Notes: generated by a model from the letters alone, not told the origin. Numbered from the stretch's first letter, positions 46,704 through 55,502 are shown. The stretch: DNA of 64,000 bases from Lachnospiraceae bacterium (GCA_045628945.1 JAZQQG010000046.1:9877-73876); one strand, 5' to 3'. Numbers and translations: made by a program.

Positions 46704-48422
46704 TTAGTTTTCCGTAAGTCTAACCTGCTTGCCGATTCCAATGGGTTTCGAGGACGTCGTAATGACATAATCTCCGTAGTTCAGACCACCGCTGACAGCC
46801 GTCTGGGTATCGTCGCTACCAAGTACCGTTACATCCACGCGGGTTGCAAAGTATCGATTGCCCAGAGGTGAGCTCTTCGAGGTTACCACTAAAACGAACT
46901 TGCCGTCGCGGTCCTCGTGAATTGCAGTATTCGGCACCACATAATCGTAATATGCGTTCTTCTCACCTACCGAGAGCGTCAGCGTATCCCCGGCGGTAGC
47001 GTCGCTTCCGCTGATGGTAAACTCCAGAATCTTATTCTTGGAAGGATTCTGCGGATCGGTCTTGATGGCCGTAAGCTTTGCCTTCAGGTCGTAATAGTAC
47101 CAGGAATTCGAGATGTCCGCGAAATCACCGATGCTGACTCTCTGTGCCTGCTCCTTGGTCACGGTAAACGATAATTTGAACTCATCGTCAGCAGGCTGAA
47201 TCATGCAGACAACCTCCCCTGCATTGACCGTCTGACCTGCATTGTAGTACATATCAATAATACGTCCGGAAATCGGTGCTTCCACCGTGGTTCCTACCGT
47301 CTGGTTCTCCAAATCGGCAATAATTTTCTTCTGCTTCTTAATGGCATCCAGCTGCTCGGTTAAGGAAGTCTCCAGAGCGATTCTTGCCACATAATCATTC
47401 TGGTCTGCCTGCGCCTTTGCAAGACTTGCCTGCGCCTTATCCAGTTCATTGGTGGCATTCAGAATCTTCACACGCATCTCGCTTAACGTAGTGGAGGATA
47501 CCGCCGTTGCCAGTTTATCCGCCAGCGCCTTCTGTGCCGTAGTAAGCTTGGTCTGTGCCGTAGTAACCGCATTGGTCGCTGCGGTCAGATTATCTCTTGC
47601 GGTCACATAGGCATTATAAGCATTCTTGACTGCCGTAAGAGTATCCTGTGCCGCTACAACGGTCGGGTCTGTGGTGTCTCCTCCGGCTGCCGACAATGCT
47701 GCATCGTATGCGGTCTGCGCCTCGGTAACCGTCAAGCCATAGGCATCGTAGGTCGCCTGTGCCGCATCAAAAGCGGTCTGCTTGGGATCCACCTGAGCCT
47801 GCGCAGCATTCAACTCTGCCTGCGCCTTCTCCACAGCCTTCTCCTCCGCAGAGGAATCTACATAGGAAGCCTCCAGCGAAGCCAGTTTCTCATTTAACTC
47901 ATCCAACTTGGACTGCTTCTCGTCAACCTTCTTCTGTGCGGATGCAACGGCATCCATCTTCTTTTCCAGGTTCTTACGATAATCCTTGGCGGAAGTGGTC
48001 TTTCCACCGGTAACCTGCGCATAGATCTCCGTTGTTACCTCCGGAGAGAGAAGTGCCGCATCATAAGCCTTCTGCAGGGACTCTAAAGTCTCCTTGGCTG
48101 CCAACAGCTCCGAGCTGTCGCCGTCTTCCAGGTAGTAGAGAATCTCACCGGCCTCGACAACATCGCCCCTGTGATGTGCCACACGCTCAATTGTACGCGT
48201 CGTTTTTATTTCGACGGAGCGGGGTTCGGTTGCCTCAATGGTTCCGGTTCCGCGAATCTTCGTGGAGATGTTGCCACCCATAATGTACTGGGTTGCCACC
48301 TGCGGTAAGGAATAATTCATAATGGTGTTTGAGAAAAATGTTAACACCAGCATTGTTGCCAGAAAGATAATGGCAATGGTCTTAATCAATTCTTTTTTTC
48401 TTGTCTTGGATCGCTCACTCAT
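46704..48422 (-). CDS. HlyD-family periplasmic adaptor (membrane fusion protein) with a very long Ala/Gln/Thr-rich coiled coil
   Basis: The N-terminal TM is followed by a lipoyl-like hairpin (HRGDVVEAGEILYYLE ... ISGRIIDMYYNAGQTVNAGEVVCMIQP). A coiled coil of about 250 aa and a C-terminal beta-barrel follow. Confidence 0.8.
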   Translation of the reverse strand: MSERSKTRKKELIKTIAIIFLATMLVLTFFSNTIMNYSLPQVATQYIMGGNISTKIRGTGTIEATEPRSVEIKTTRTIERVAHHRGDVVEAGEILYYLEDGDSSELLAAKETLESLQKAYDAALLSPEVTTEIYAQVTGGKTTSAKDYRKNLEKKMDAVASAQKKVDEKQSKLDELNEKLASLEASYVDSSAEEKAVEKAQAELNAAQAQVDPKQTAFDAAQATYDAYGLTVTEAQTAYDAALSAAGGDTTDPTVVAAQDTLTAVKNAYNAYVTARDNLTAATNAVTTAQTKLTTAQKALADKLATAVSSTTLSEMRVKILNATNELDKAQASLAKAQADQNDYVARIALETSLTEQLDAIKKQKKIIADLENQTVGTTVEAPISGRIIDMYYNAGQTVNAGEVVCMIQPADDEFKLSFTVTKEQAQRVSIGDFADISNSWYYYDLKAKLTAIKTDPQNPSKNKILEFTISGSDATAGDTLTLSVGEKNAYYDYVVPNTAIHEDRDGKFVLVVTSKSSPLGNRYFATRVDVTVLGSDDTQTAVSGGLNYGDYVITTSSKPIGIGKQVRLTEN

Positions 48423-48444
48423 GTCGTAATTCCTTCCTCCACAC

Positions 48445-49332
48445 TTAACCCTTAATTCCGCCCTGATAGGTAATGCCCTCTACGAGATAATCCTCGCCGT
48501 AGAAGAACACCAGCAGGGTGGGAATCATATAGATAGTAGCTACTGCAAACGCCAGTCCGACTTCTCCTTCATTAATCTGCGATAAGAAGATGGACAGCGG
48601 ATATTTCTCACTGTTCGTTAACAGAATCAACGGCTGTTCCACCATGTTCCAGTAATCGATGAAGATTAGAATCGCTACGGAACACAAACAGCCCTTACAC
48701 AACGGGAAGCAGATTCTGCGGAAGATCTGCCACTCTCCGGCACCGTCAATCTTCGCCGCCTCGATAAAAGAGGACGGAATCCTTCGCATATACTTCGTAA
48801 GCAGGAACACCGCGAAGGGAGAGAAGATTCCCGGAAGCCAGATGGCCCAGTAGGTGTTGATCAGATGCAGCCGGTTCGATACCAGATAATTCGGTACCAG
48901 GGTTACCTGATAGGGCATCAGCATCAGAATGATGTACAAAAAGAAGATAATCTCCTTCACCTTGCTCCGATATCTCGCAAGCGAATACGATGCAAACATG
49001 GCAACCATCAACTGGAATACCACAATCGGCACCACCAGAATGACGGAGTTCCAGAACTTCAGCAAATACTCGGGGCTCTTAAGCAGCACCGTAATGTACT
49101 GATGGAAGGAAACGATATCCGGCAAAAACTTCAGGTTAACGATATCCGAGATATACACCTTGCCACCTGTACTGTTTGTGGCGAAGACGACGCCGTAGTT
49201 AGCGGAAATCTCAGACTGTGCCATCAACGAATTTGTAATTGTAAGCACGATGGGCGTTACGAAGAGCAATGCCACCATCATCAAGAGGATGAAGACAAGG
49301 GTTCTTCCGATCGCCAGTTTGACTCTCTTCAT
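48445..49332 (-). CDS. Carbohydrate ABC transporter permease (MalG/CUT1-like)
   Basis: Six TMs. The EAA loop is FIEAAKIDGAGEWQIFRRICFPL. Confidence 0.9.
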   Translation of the reverse strand: MKRVKLAIGRTLVFILLMMVALLFVTPIVLTITNSLMAQSEISANYGVVFATNSTGGKVYISDIVNLKFLPDIVSFHQYITVLLKSPEYLLKFWNSVILVVPIVVFQLMVAMFASYSLARYRSKVKEIIFFLYIILMLMPYQVTLVPNYLVSNRLHLINTYWAIWLPGIFSPFAVFLLTKYMRRIPSSFIEAAKIDGAGEWQIFRRICFPLCKGCLCSVAILIFIDYWNMVEQPLILLTNSEKYPLSIFLSQINEGEVGLAFAVATIYMIPTLLVFFYGEDYLVEGITYQGGIKG

Positions 49333-50279
49333 TATTCCTCCACGTCTTTACCGAAATGATTCTCGGTAATAAAGAGAATTCCGATAATGACCACCATAAC
49401 AAGGGACATCAGAATTGCCGCCGCCGACAGCTTCTGATAATCCAGGGATAAGAACGTGTTGTTCATAAAATGCTGTAGCATATAGATACTGCTGAACGGG
49501 TATTTACCGGTAAGCAGATAGATCTCTCGGAACACCTTAAAGGAGTTAATTAAGGACATAATCGTGACAAACAGAATCGTCGGCGAAAGATAGCGAAGCT
49601 TAATCTTGAAGAAGATCTGGAATGCATTCGCACTCTCCAGACGCGCCACCTCGATAATGTCCTGCGGGATATTTGCTAAGGCCGACATGAAAAGAATCAT
49701 GTTATAGCCCAGATTCTTCCATTGGAAAAGAAGCACGATAACGCTCTGTGCCTTCTCGGACTTCAACCAGTCCACCCCCTGGGCTCCCAGATTGGCAAGC
49801 ATGGCATTCACGACACCGTTATTGTGAAACAGCACCTGCCAGATTAACACAATCGAAGCAATGGGCACCATTAACGGACTGAGGAAAAAAGAACGAAGCT
49901 GAGACTTAAACGGGATTTTGCAATCCAGCATTAAGGCTAAAAGCAAAGACAGCACCACCGCAAGCGGTACGGCAATCAGAGAGAACATTCCCGTATTCTT
50001 CGCCGCAATCTGAAACGCCTTATTGTCCAGAATCTTCGTGAAATTCTCCAATCCCACGAACTGATGCGTAATCGGATTATCCACCGTGGAATAATATACA
50101 ACCACGCAGAAGGGCAGGATAAAGAACACCAGAACTCCAAGCAGGCTGGGCGCCAGATATGCCCAGGAGAGAATCCGCTCCTTTACGCTTCTCTTCTCGC
50201 GATACTTACGAAGCTCCTTACGGCTCTTGCCATAGTGCTTATCGATATGCAGTTTTGAATCGACTGCTTTTTTCTTCAT
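49332..50279 (-). CDS. Carbohydrate ABC transporter permease (MalF/CUT1-like)
   Basis: Six TMs. The EAA-loop variant is IEVARLESANAFQIFFKIKLRYLSP. It has a 1-nt overlap with the downstream permease gene. Confidence 0.9.
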   Translation of the reverse strand: MKKKAVDSKLHIDKHYGKSRKELRKYREKRSVKERILSWAYLAPSLLGVLVFFILPFCVVVYYSTVDNPITHQFVGLENFTKILDNKAFQIAAKNTGMFSLIAVPLAVVLSLLLALMLDCKIPFKSQLRSFFLSPLMVPIASIVLIWQVLFHNNGVVNAMLANLGAQGVDWLKSEKAQSVIVLLFQWKNLGYNMILFMSALANIPQDIIEVARLESANAFQIFFKIKLRYLSPTILFVTIMSLINSFKVFREIYLLTGKYPFSSIYMLQHFMNNTFLSLDYQKLSAAAILMSLVMVVIIGILFITENHFGKDVEE

Positions 50280-50308
50280 GGAACCTTCTCGCTGCTAAAA
50301 ATCTATCA

Positions 50309-52534
50309 CTAATAAGTCTCACTGATATACAGACTTACGCGGTTTTGGATAATCGATACGACTTCGTCAACACTCTTCTGTCCTGCAAAGTATGCGCCGG
50401 CCTCTTCCATAATCATTTTCAGAAGTTCCTGATCAAACTCATAAGAAATTGCACGCTCCATAAGACTCAGAATCTCCTGTTTCTCCTCCGACGTCGGAGC
50501 CGAAACCTCGAACACTTTATCATTATAACCCCAGGTCATTACCTCGTCACTGGTACTTACGATACGATAATATTCCTCGAATGCATCCTTCTCGGTAGGG
50601 AATCCATACTGATCCCAGTAGTATTCCTCATTTAACTCAACCGTCATCAGATTACGCAGGAACGTCCAAGCCACATCCGGGTACTTACATTTGGATGTGA
50701 TGGCAACTCCACTTCCGTGACTTCCGGTAAAGATTGCTCCGTCTTCGCTCGTCGGGAATCCGGACAATACCCCCTGCCCATAGAGCATTTTGTACATAGA
50801 ATAGCCACTCCAACCATCCACATACCCATTGCACAGCAAAAGTCGCCCGGCTAACATCTCATCCTCCGCATAATACTGCTCGTCGTAGGTCTCCCAGTAT
50901 TTCTTCAGTTCCTCTATAGAATAGCCGTAATTAGCAAACCGCAAAACATTTTTGAAATCTTCGTTATCCAGATTGACTTTCCCCTGCTCGTAATCAAAGA
51001 AACGAGTACCGGAAGCTGCCAGCGCCATCCTTAAGATTTCTTCTTTGGTTGCAAACGCCATCACCTGCTTACAATCGGAAGAAGTCATATAAGCAAGGGC
51101 CTCTTCTAACGTCAGCTGATTGTCTTCCCCCGCTGCCATGTGGGAGGTATAGTAGAGATTCAAAACACAGGAGGAAGTCATCGCATAGGTCTTACCGTGA
51201 TAGGTATAATCCTGGAAGGCCACCGGATAGTATCGATCCCGATTGATCTGTGCATCCTGTTTCAAATAAGAATCTATGTCTACCAACAACCCTTTATCCG
51301 CAAAGGAATACCAGCCTCCGCTATAGGTTAAATCCGATAGGCTAATCAAATCCGGACAATCCGAAGAGGTAATTGCATTATTGAAATTCATCAACGCAAC
51401 CTCATAATCCTCTGCCGTATTACTGTAATCTACGATTTTAATTCTGTATTCGTCTTGGCTCTTATTGAACTCGACAACCTGTCTTGCCACCGAATCGTTG
51501 GATCCAAAGCATCCCAAAACCAAAGTCTTCGTTTCTTTTACTTCAGCGATAGGAGTCTTAACCAATTCAATCAGCTGCGCCTGCATCCCTCCCATATCGG
51601 AACGCGAACGGGTAATCAGCAGAAGATTCCCGTTATCACGGCAGGACAGACATTCATAGGAATCTGCGATAATATCCACATCGGTCCAGGCCAACAGGTT
51701 CTCGGTCTTCCCCGTGAGCATATCATATCTGTCTACGCCCTTGTCGTTCATCAGGAACATACCGTTCGCTCCGTCGGGTGATATATATTCCGCATTATTC
51801 AATCCGGTGTAGGTCTGGCCAAGTCCTTTTTTGTCCGGGCTTAATTCCGCCGCCTTCAGTTTACTGTCATGGTAAAGCATCATCGGCACGTTGTTGCCAC
51901 CATAGCCTAATGCATTGATCCAACCGTCCTGCTTCACCTCAAAGAGCTTCTGCCCACTATAATCCAACGCCACAATCAGCGTTTCACTTGCTAAAAGATA
52001 AATCGCAGAATCTGCTGCCAGCATTTTAGAAACATAGAAACCCCATTCCAGATCCTGTCGGTCCTCCAGATAGGTAATGTCCGCTACCGTTTCGAACTCG
52101 CCGGTTTCCCCCAGTTTCACCAGGGAATGACCGTTTGCGTCATCCTCAGCATATTGACCTGCAATTCCATACACCGTTCCATCCGGAGACATTGCAAGAC
52201 AATCTAGGGTTTTGCCCTCGATTGAAACGTTCTGAACCTGCTCTTCCATACTCGCTAACTCTAGCGTGCACAGCTCAGGAGTAACAATATAGTCAAACTC
52301 CTCCTCATTCTCGATTACAGAATAGGTGGAAGCAAGATAAGTCAGCTTATCTCCCTGAAAAATGAAATTTGAATTGTAATCTCCGCGAAAAGAATAATCC
52401 AGATACTTGGGCACGTACACAAATTCTTGCTGCGGTTCGGAATTCTCTTTCTTGGTCTTTTTCCCGCAACCGGCAAACAATGCCACAAGCATGGCAAGCA
52501 TTAGGATTACTGCAATCGATTTTCTGCGCTTCAT
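50309..52534 (-). CDS. Giant extracellular solute-binding lipoprotein (N-terminal ~330-aa beta-rich module plus an SBP domain); first gene of the operon
   Basis: Lipobox LFAGCGKK. The C-terminus EEAGAYFAGQKSVDEVVSIIQNRVSLYISE parallels the end of the 43091..45628 protein. Confidence 0.7.
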   Translation of the reverse strand: MKRRKSIAVILMLAMLVALFAGCGKKTKKENSEPQQEFVYVPKYLDYSFRGDYNSNFIFQGDKLTYLASTYSVIENEEEFDYIVTPELCTLELASMEEQVQNVSIEGKTLDCLAMSPDGTVYGIAGQYAEDDANGHSLVKLGETGEFETVADITYLEDRQDLEWGFYVSKMLAADSAIYLLASETLIVALDYSGQKLFEVKQDGWINALGYGGNNVPMMLYHDSKLKAAELSPDKKGLGQTYTGLNNAEYISPDGANGMFLMNDKGVDRYDMLTGKTENLLAWTDVDIIADSYECLSCRDNGNLLLITRSRSDMGGMQAQLIELVKTPIAEVKETKTLVLGCFGSNDSVARQVVEFNKSQDEYRIKIVDYSNTAEDYEVALMNFNNAITSSDCPDLISLSDLTYSGGWYSFADKGLLVDIDSYLKQDAQINRDRYYPVAFQDYTYHGKTYAMTSSCVLNLYYTSHMAAGEDNQLTLEEALAYMTSSDCKQVMAFATKEEILRMALAASGTRFFDYEQGKVNLDNEDFKNVLRFANYGYSIEELKKYWETYDEQYYAEDEMLAGRLLLCNGYVDGWSGYSMYKMLYGQGVLSGFPTSEDGAIFTGSHGSGVAITSKCKYPDVAWTFLRNLMTVELNEEYYWDQYGFPTEKDAFEEYYRIVSTSDEVMTWGYNDKVFEVSAPTSEEKQEILSLMERAISYEFDQELLKMIMEEAGAYFAGQKSVDEVVSIIQNRVSLYISETY

Positions 52535-52785
52535 TCTACACTCCTAACAATAGATACGTATGTACCTATTTCCCCTTATGGTTTTTTCACTAAATACATC
52601 GTAATTCATGCGGTATCAGAATACAATAGCAGGAAACCTTAACAATTCTTAAGAGTTTCTTAAGGGTTGTCGGTACCCGCGGCCTCGGAATCGTGCTATG
52701 ATATTACTCAGAAAGCAATACACTATGAATGCGATGGAGACCGTTTTCCGCATCGATACCTGAAAAAGTCTCCGGGAGGACTACC

Positions 52786-54063
52786 ATGAAATATGCTTAT
52801 ACGAATATGATTCTTTTAGATGGATCCGAAGAGATGACTCCGCAGACCGGCAAGGTTGTCCTGATCCAGGAGGACAAGATTGAGGCGATTGTCGAGGAAG
52901 GCGCCGATCTTACGGGCTACACCCCGGTGGATCTGGGGGGACAGTACCTATTGCCCGGACTCATTAATCTGCATGTTCATCTTGCAGGCTCGGGTAAGCC
53001 AAAAAACAATTCCGCCGATGCCAAGCGTCTCGTGAAACTGATTACGAAGAACAGCTTCACCAATGCCATCGGCCGTAAGCTGGTAGCCGGTTTTGCCAAG
53101 ACCCAGCTGATGAGCGGTACCACCACCATCCGTACCGTGGGCGGTATCAGCAACTATGACACGACCGTTCGCGATCAGATTGCGTCAGGCAAAAAAATCG
53201 GTCCGCGAATTCTGGCTTCCGATATGGCCATCTCCGTTCCCGGAGGGCACATGGCCGGTTCTCTCGCCTATGAGGCGCATACACCCGAAGAGGCGGCTCA
53301 TTTCGTAGACCTCGTAGCCGCAAATCATCCGGACCTCATTAAACTCATGATTACCGGTGGCGTCTCCGATGCAGAGAAGCTCGGGGAACCCGGTGTCCTT
53401 CGTATGAAACCCGAGATAGTACGGGCCGCCTGCGACCGGGCACATGAGCTTGGTTTCTCGGTTGCGGCACATGTGGAAAGTCCGGAAGGCGTTTCGGTTG
53501 CCCTCGAAAACGGTGTGGATTCCATCGAGCACGGCGCGAAACCCACCGATGATATTCTTCGTCTTTTCAAGGAGCGTGGTTCCTTCCATGTATCGACAAT
53601 TTCCCCGGCCCTTCCCTTTGCTCTTTTTACCAAAGAGATGCCCGGCGTAACAGATACCATGCGCGAAAACGGTAAGATTGTATTTGACGGAATCATCGCC
53701 TTAGCCAAGGCTTGTCTGGAAAACGGAATCCCTGTGGGACTCGGTACCGACACCGCCTGCCCGTATGTAACGCAATATGATATGTGGCGGGAGCTTGCAC
53801 TTTTCGTAAAATATTGCGGAGTAAGCAATGCTTTTGCCATCTATTCCGCAACGAAGCTCAATGCCCGGCTTGCCGGCATCGGTGACATCACCGGTTCCAT
53901 CGACCCCGGCAAATCCGCTGACCTGATTACGGTCCGTGAAAATCCGCTGGAAGACATTCACGCCCTTCGCAATGTTACGACCGTTACCATGGCCGGACGT
54001 CTCCACGTCGCCAAGGTTAAGAAGATTCCTAAGGTGGAACGCGAGCTGGACGCATATATGTAA
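52786..54063 (+). CDS. Metal-dependent amidohydrolase-superfamily protein
   Basis: The HxH motif is LLPGLINLHVHL. Later His/Asp ligands (VAAHVES, SIEHG, GTDT) fit the TIM-barrel amidohydrolase pattern. The start at 52786 follows a GGGAGG RBS. Confidence 0.85.
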   Translation: MKYAYTNMILLDGSEEMTPQTGKVVLIQEDKIEAIVEEGADLTGYTPVDLGGQYLLPGLINLHVHLAGSGKPKNNSADAKRLVKLITKNSFTNAIGRKLVAGFAKTQLMSGTTTIRTVGGISNYDTTVRDQIASGKKIGPRILASDMAISVPGGHMAGSLAYEAHTPEEAAHFVDLVAANHPDLIKLMITGGVSDAEKLGEPGVLRMKPEIVRAACDRAHELGFSVAAHVESPEGVSVALENGVDSIEHGAKPTDDILRLFKERGSFHVSTISPALPFALFTKEMPGVTDTMRENGKIVFDGIIALAKACLENGIPVGLGTDTACPYVTQYDMWRELALFVKYCGVSNAFAIYSATKLNARLAGIGDITGSIDPGKSADLITVRENPLEDIHALRNVTTVTMAGRLHVAKVKKIPKVERELDAYM

Positions 54064-54095
54064 AGGATTTCACATTTCCCGAAAGCAGGATACCT

Positions 54096-54722
54096 ATGAC
54101 CACACGAGAAGAAGCACTGGCCTTCGGATTGTCTTTTCCGGAGACCTATCAGGACGTTCCGTTCCACGATCCCAATTGGCAACTGGTTCGGATCAAGACG
54201 AATAAAAAAGCATTCCTTTGGACCTATGAGCGGGACGGCTACATAAATCTGAATGTAAAAGTCAGCCCGGAATGGCGAGATTTCTGGCGAAGCACCTACC
54301 CGTCCGTGATTGCCGGCTACCACCAGAATAAGGAGCATTGGAATACCATCATTCTGAACGGGAGCATTCCGCGAGAAGAGATTGAACGAATGATTGCCGA
54401 AAGCTACGACCTGGTCTCCGATTCACCCACCAAGCGAATCTACGAGGCCGTTCGGAAGATTCCCCGCGGACAGGTCGCTACCTACGGGCAGGTTGCTGCC
54501 TTGGCCGGCAACCCGAAAATGTCCCGTGCCGTCGGAAATGCTCTCCACAAAAATCCGGATCCCGATACGATTCCCTGCTACCGCGTAGTGAATTCTGCCG
54601 GTGAACTGGCCGGTGCCTTTGCCTTCGGCGGCGCCGAGGTACAAGCCAACCTTCTTCGCGCTGACGGCATCGAAGTCCACGAGAATCGTGTGGATCTGTC
54701 GCGCTTCGGAATGAAACTGTGA
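54096..54722 (+). CDS. Fusion of an MmcQ/YjbR-family domain with an MGMT/Ogt-type alkyltransferase DNA-binding/active-site domain
   Basis: The N-terminal half (AGYHQNKEHWNTIILNG...MIAESYDLV) is YjbR-like. The C-terminal half (IPRGQVATYGQVAALAGNPKMSRAVGNALHKNP...IPCYRVV) is the MGMT domain, with PCYR in place of the canonical PCHR. Confidence 0.8.
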   Translation: MTTREEALAFGLSFPETYQDVPFHDPNWQLVRIKTNKKAFLWTYERDGYINLNVKVSPEWRDFWRSTYPSVIAGYHQNKEHWNTIILNGSIPREEIERMIAESYDLVSDSPTKRIYEAVRKIPRGQVATYGQVAALAGNPKMSRAVGNALHKNPDPDTIPCYRVVNSAGELAGAFAFGGAEVQANLLRADGIEVHENRVDLSRFGMKL

Positions 54723-54791
54723 CGCCTTCGGAATGGAACTTCCGTGTTTCGGAATGAAGCCGTGACACGTTATGAAATGAAACTGTATCAA
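54705..54791 (+). repeat. Four phased direct repeats (periods 22, 21, 22 nt)
   Basis: TTCGGAATGAAACTGTGAC (54705), TTCGGAATGGAACTTCCGT (54727), TTCGGAATGAAGCCGTGAC (54748) and TTATGAAATGAAACTGTAT (54770). The first copy contains the stop codon of the preceding gene. Confidence 0.85.
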
Positions 54792-54827
54792 GAATTCATG
54801 TAACCCCACAAGAAAGGAGAACCCTCT

Positions 54828-55115
54828 ATGTGCATTTCTCGCAAACGCTATCACTTAGATTACGACGGTCAGAAGGATTTCTATCAGGGAGCTCAGGACA
54901 CCTATCCTGCCGGTGCCACGGTTCGCTTGCATTTCGACTTCATCGCAACGGATACGGACTATTCCTTTTACCTGGATGACGAACCCCTGCGCCCCTCCTG
55001 GAAAGAAGAAAAATTCACCTTTATCTTCAAGATGCCTGATCATGACGCCAAGATTCACTATAAGGCCGTGAATACCATGCATATGGACCGAGGTCAGATG
55101 GAGGATTCGGAGTAA
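54828..55115 (+). CDS. Hypothetical small protein (95 aa)
   Basis: The RBS AAAGGAGA lies 8 nt upstream of the ATG, and a very strong terminator follows. I recognise no family. Confidence 0.5.
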   Translation: MCISRKRYHLDYDGQKDFYQGAQDTYPAGATVRLHFDFIATDTDYSFYLDDEPLRPSWKEEKFTFIFKMPDHDAKIHYKAVNTMHMDRGQMEDSE

Positions 55116-55217
55116 CAAATCCTTGTTTCCCCGATTTGCTGTCCGGTTTGCCCGAATGAGTCCGAGATTCGAGCTTACTTGGAAGTATACAAGTACCTTT
55201 TCCCCGGAAACTATCCC

Positions 55218-55264
55218 AACTGGTGCGAATAAGAAGATTTCTTCTTACTCGCACCAGTTTTTCA
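55218..55264 (+). terminator. Strong intrinsic terminator
   Basis: A 19-bp stem with one mismatch (AACTGGTGCGAATAAGAAG-ATTT-CTTCTTACTCGCACCAGTT) followed by TTTTTC. Confidence 0.8.
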
Positions 55265-55317
55265 TTGGAAGTCCGCCACTTTCGCAAACTTTTGGTGTGA
55301 AATATGAGAAACTTGCC

Positions 55318-55402
55318 AAGTCGCACCATGGAACCGTCCATTTCCTGGTGCGACTTAGCCAAAAGAAGCTTTTTCGCACCGGAAGTTGCCGAATTCGGCA
55401 AC
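55318..55402. repeat. Hairpin/palindrome cluster sharing GGTGCGA / TCGCACC arms
   Basis: A 15-bp stem spans 55318-55356 (AAGTCGCACCATGGAA...TTCCTGGTGCGACTT). TCGCACCGG at 55374-55382 can pair alternatively with the 3' arm. A perfect 18-nt palindrome, GTTGCCGAATTCGGCAAC, lies at 55385-55402. Confidence 0.75.
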
Positions 55403-55410
55403 CGCACAAC

Positions 55411-55455
55411 GCAAAAATGGTGGGAATGCAACAAAAATGTCGTATTCCCACCATT
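55411..55455 (-). terminator. Intrinsic terminator of the transketolase operon
   Basis: A perfect 12-bp stem, AATGGTGGGAAT...ATTCCCACCATT, is followed on the minus strand by UUUUUGCG. It lies about 48 nt downstream of the stop at 55503. Confidence 0.75.
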
Positions 55456-55502
55456 ATTCATACCAAATAGCAATTCTCAGAAACCTTTCCGAGTTTCACC
55501 AA

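Noticed and set aside
53185-54338. Minus-strand ORFs of 101-171 aa inside the amidohydrolase gene and the YjbR-MGMT gene
   Set aside because: The sense frames carry diagnostic motifs (HxH; MGMT PC(Y)R). The antisense ORFs are Arg/Gly/Ser-rich shadows of a relatively G+C-rich stretch.
54705-54791. Direct-repeat array considered as a mini-CRISPR
   Set aside because: The units are about 21-22 nt, contiguous and without spacers. They are imperfect, and there are no cas genes. This is not CRISPR architecture.
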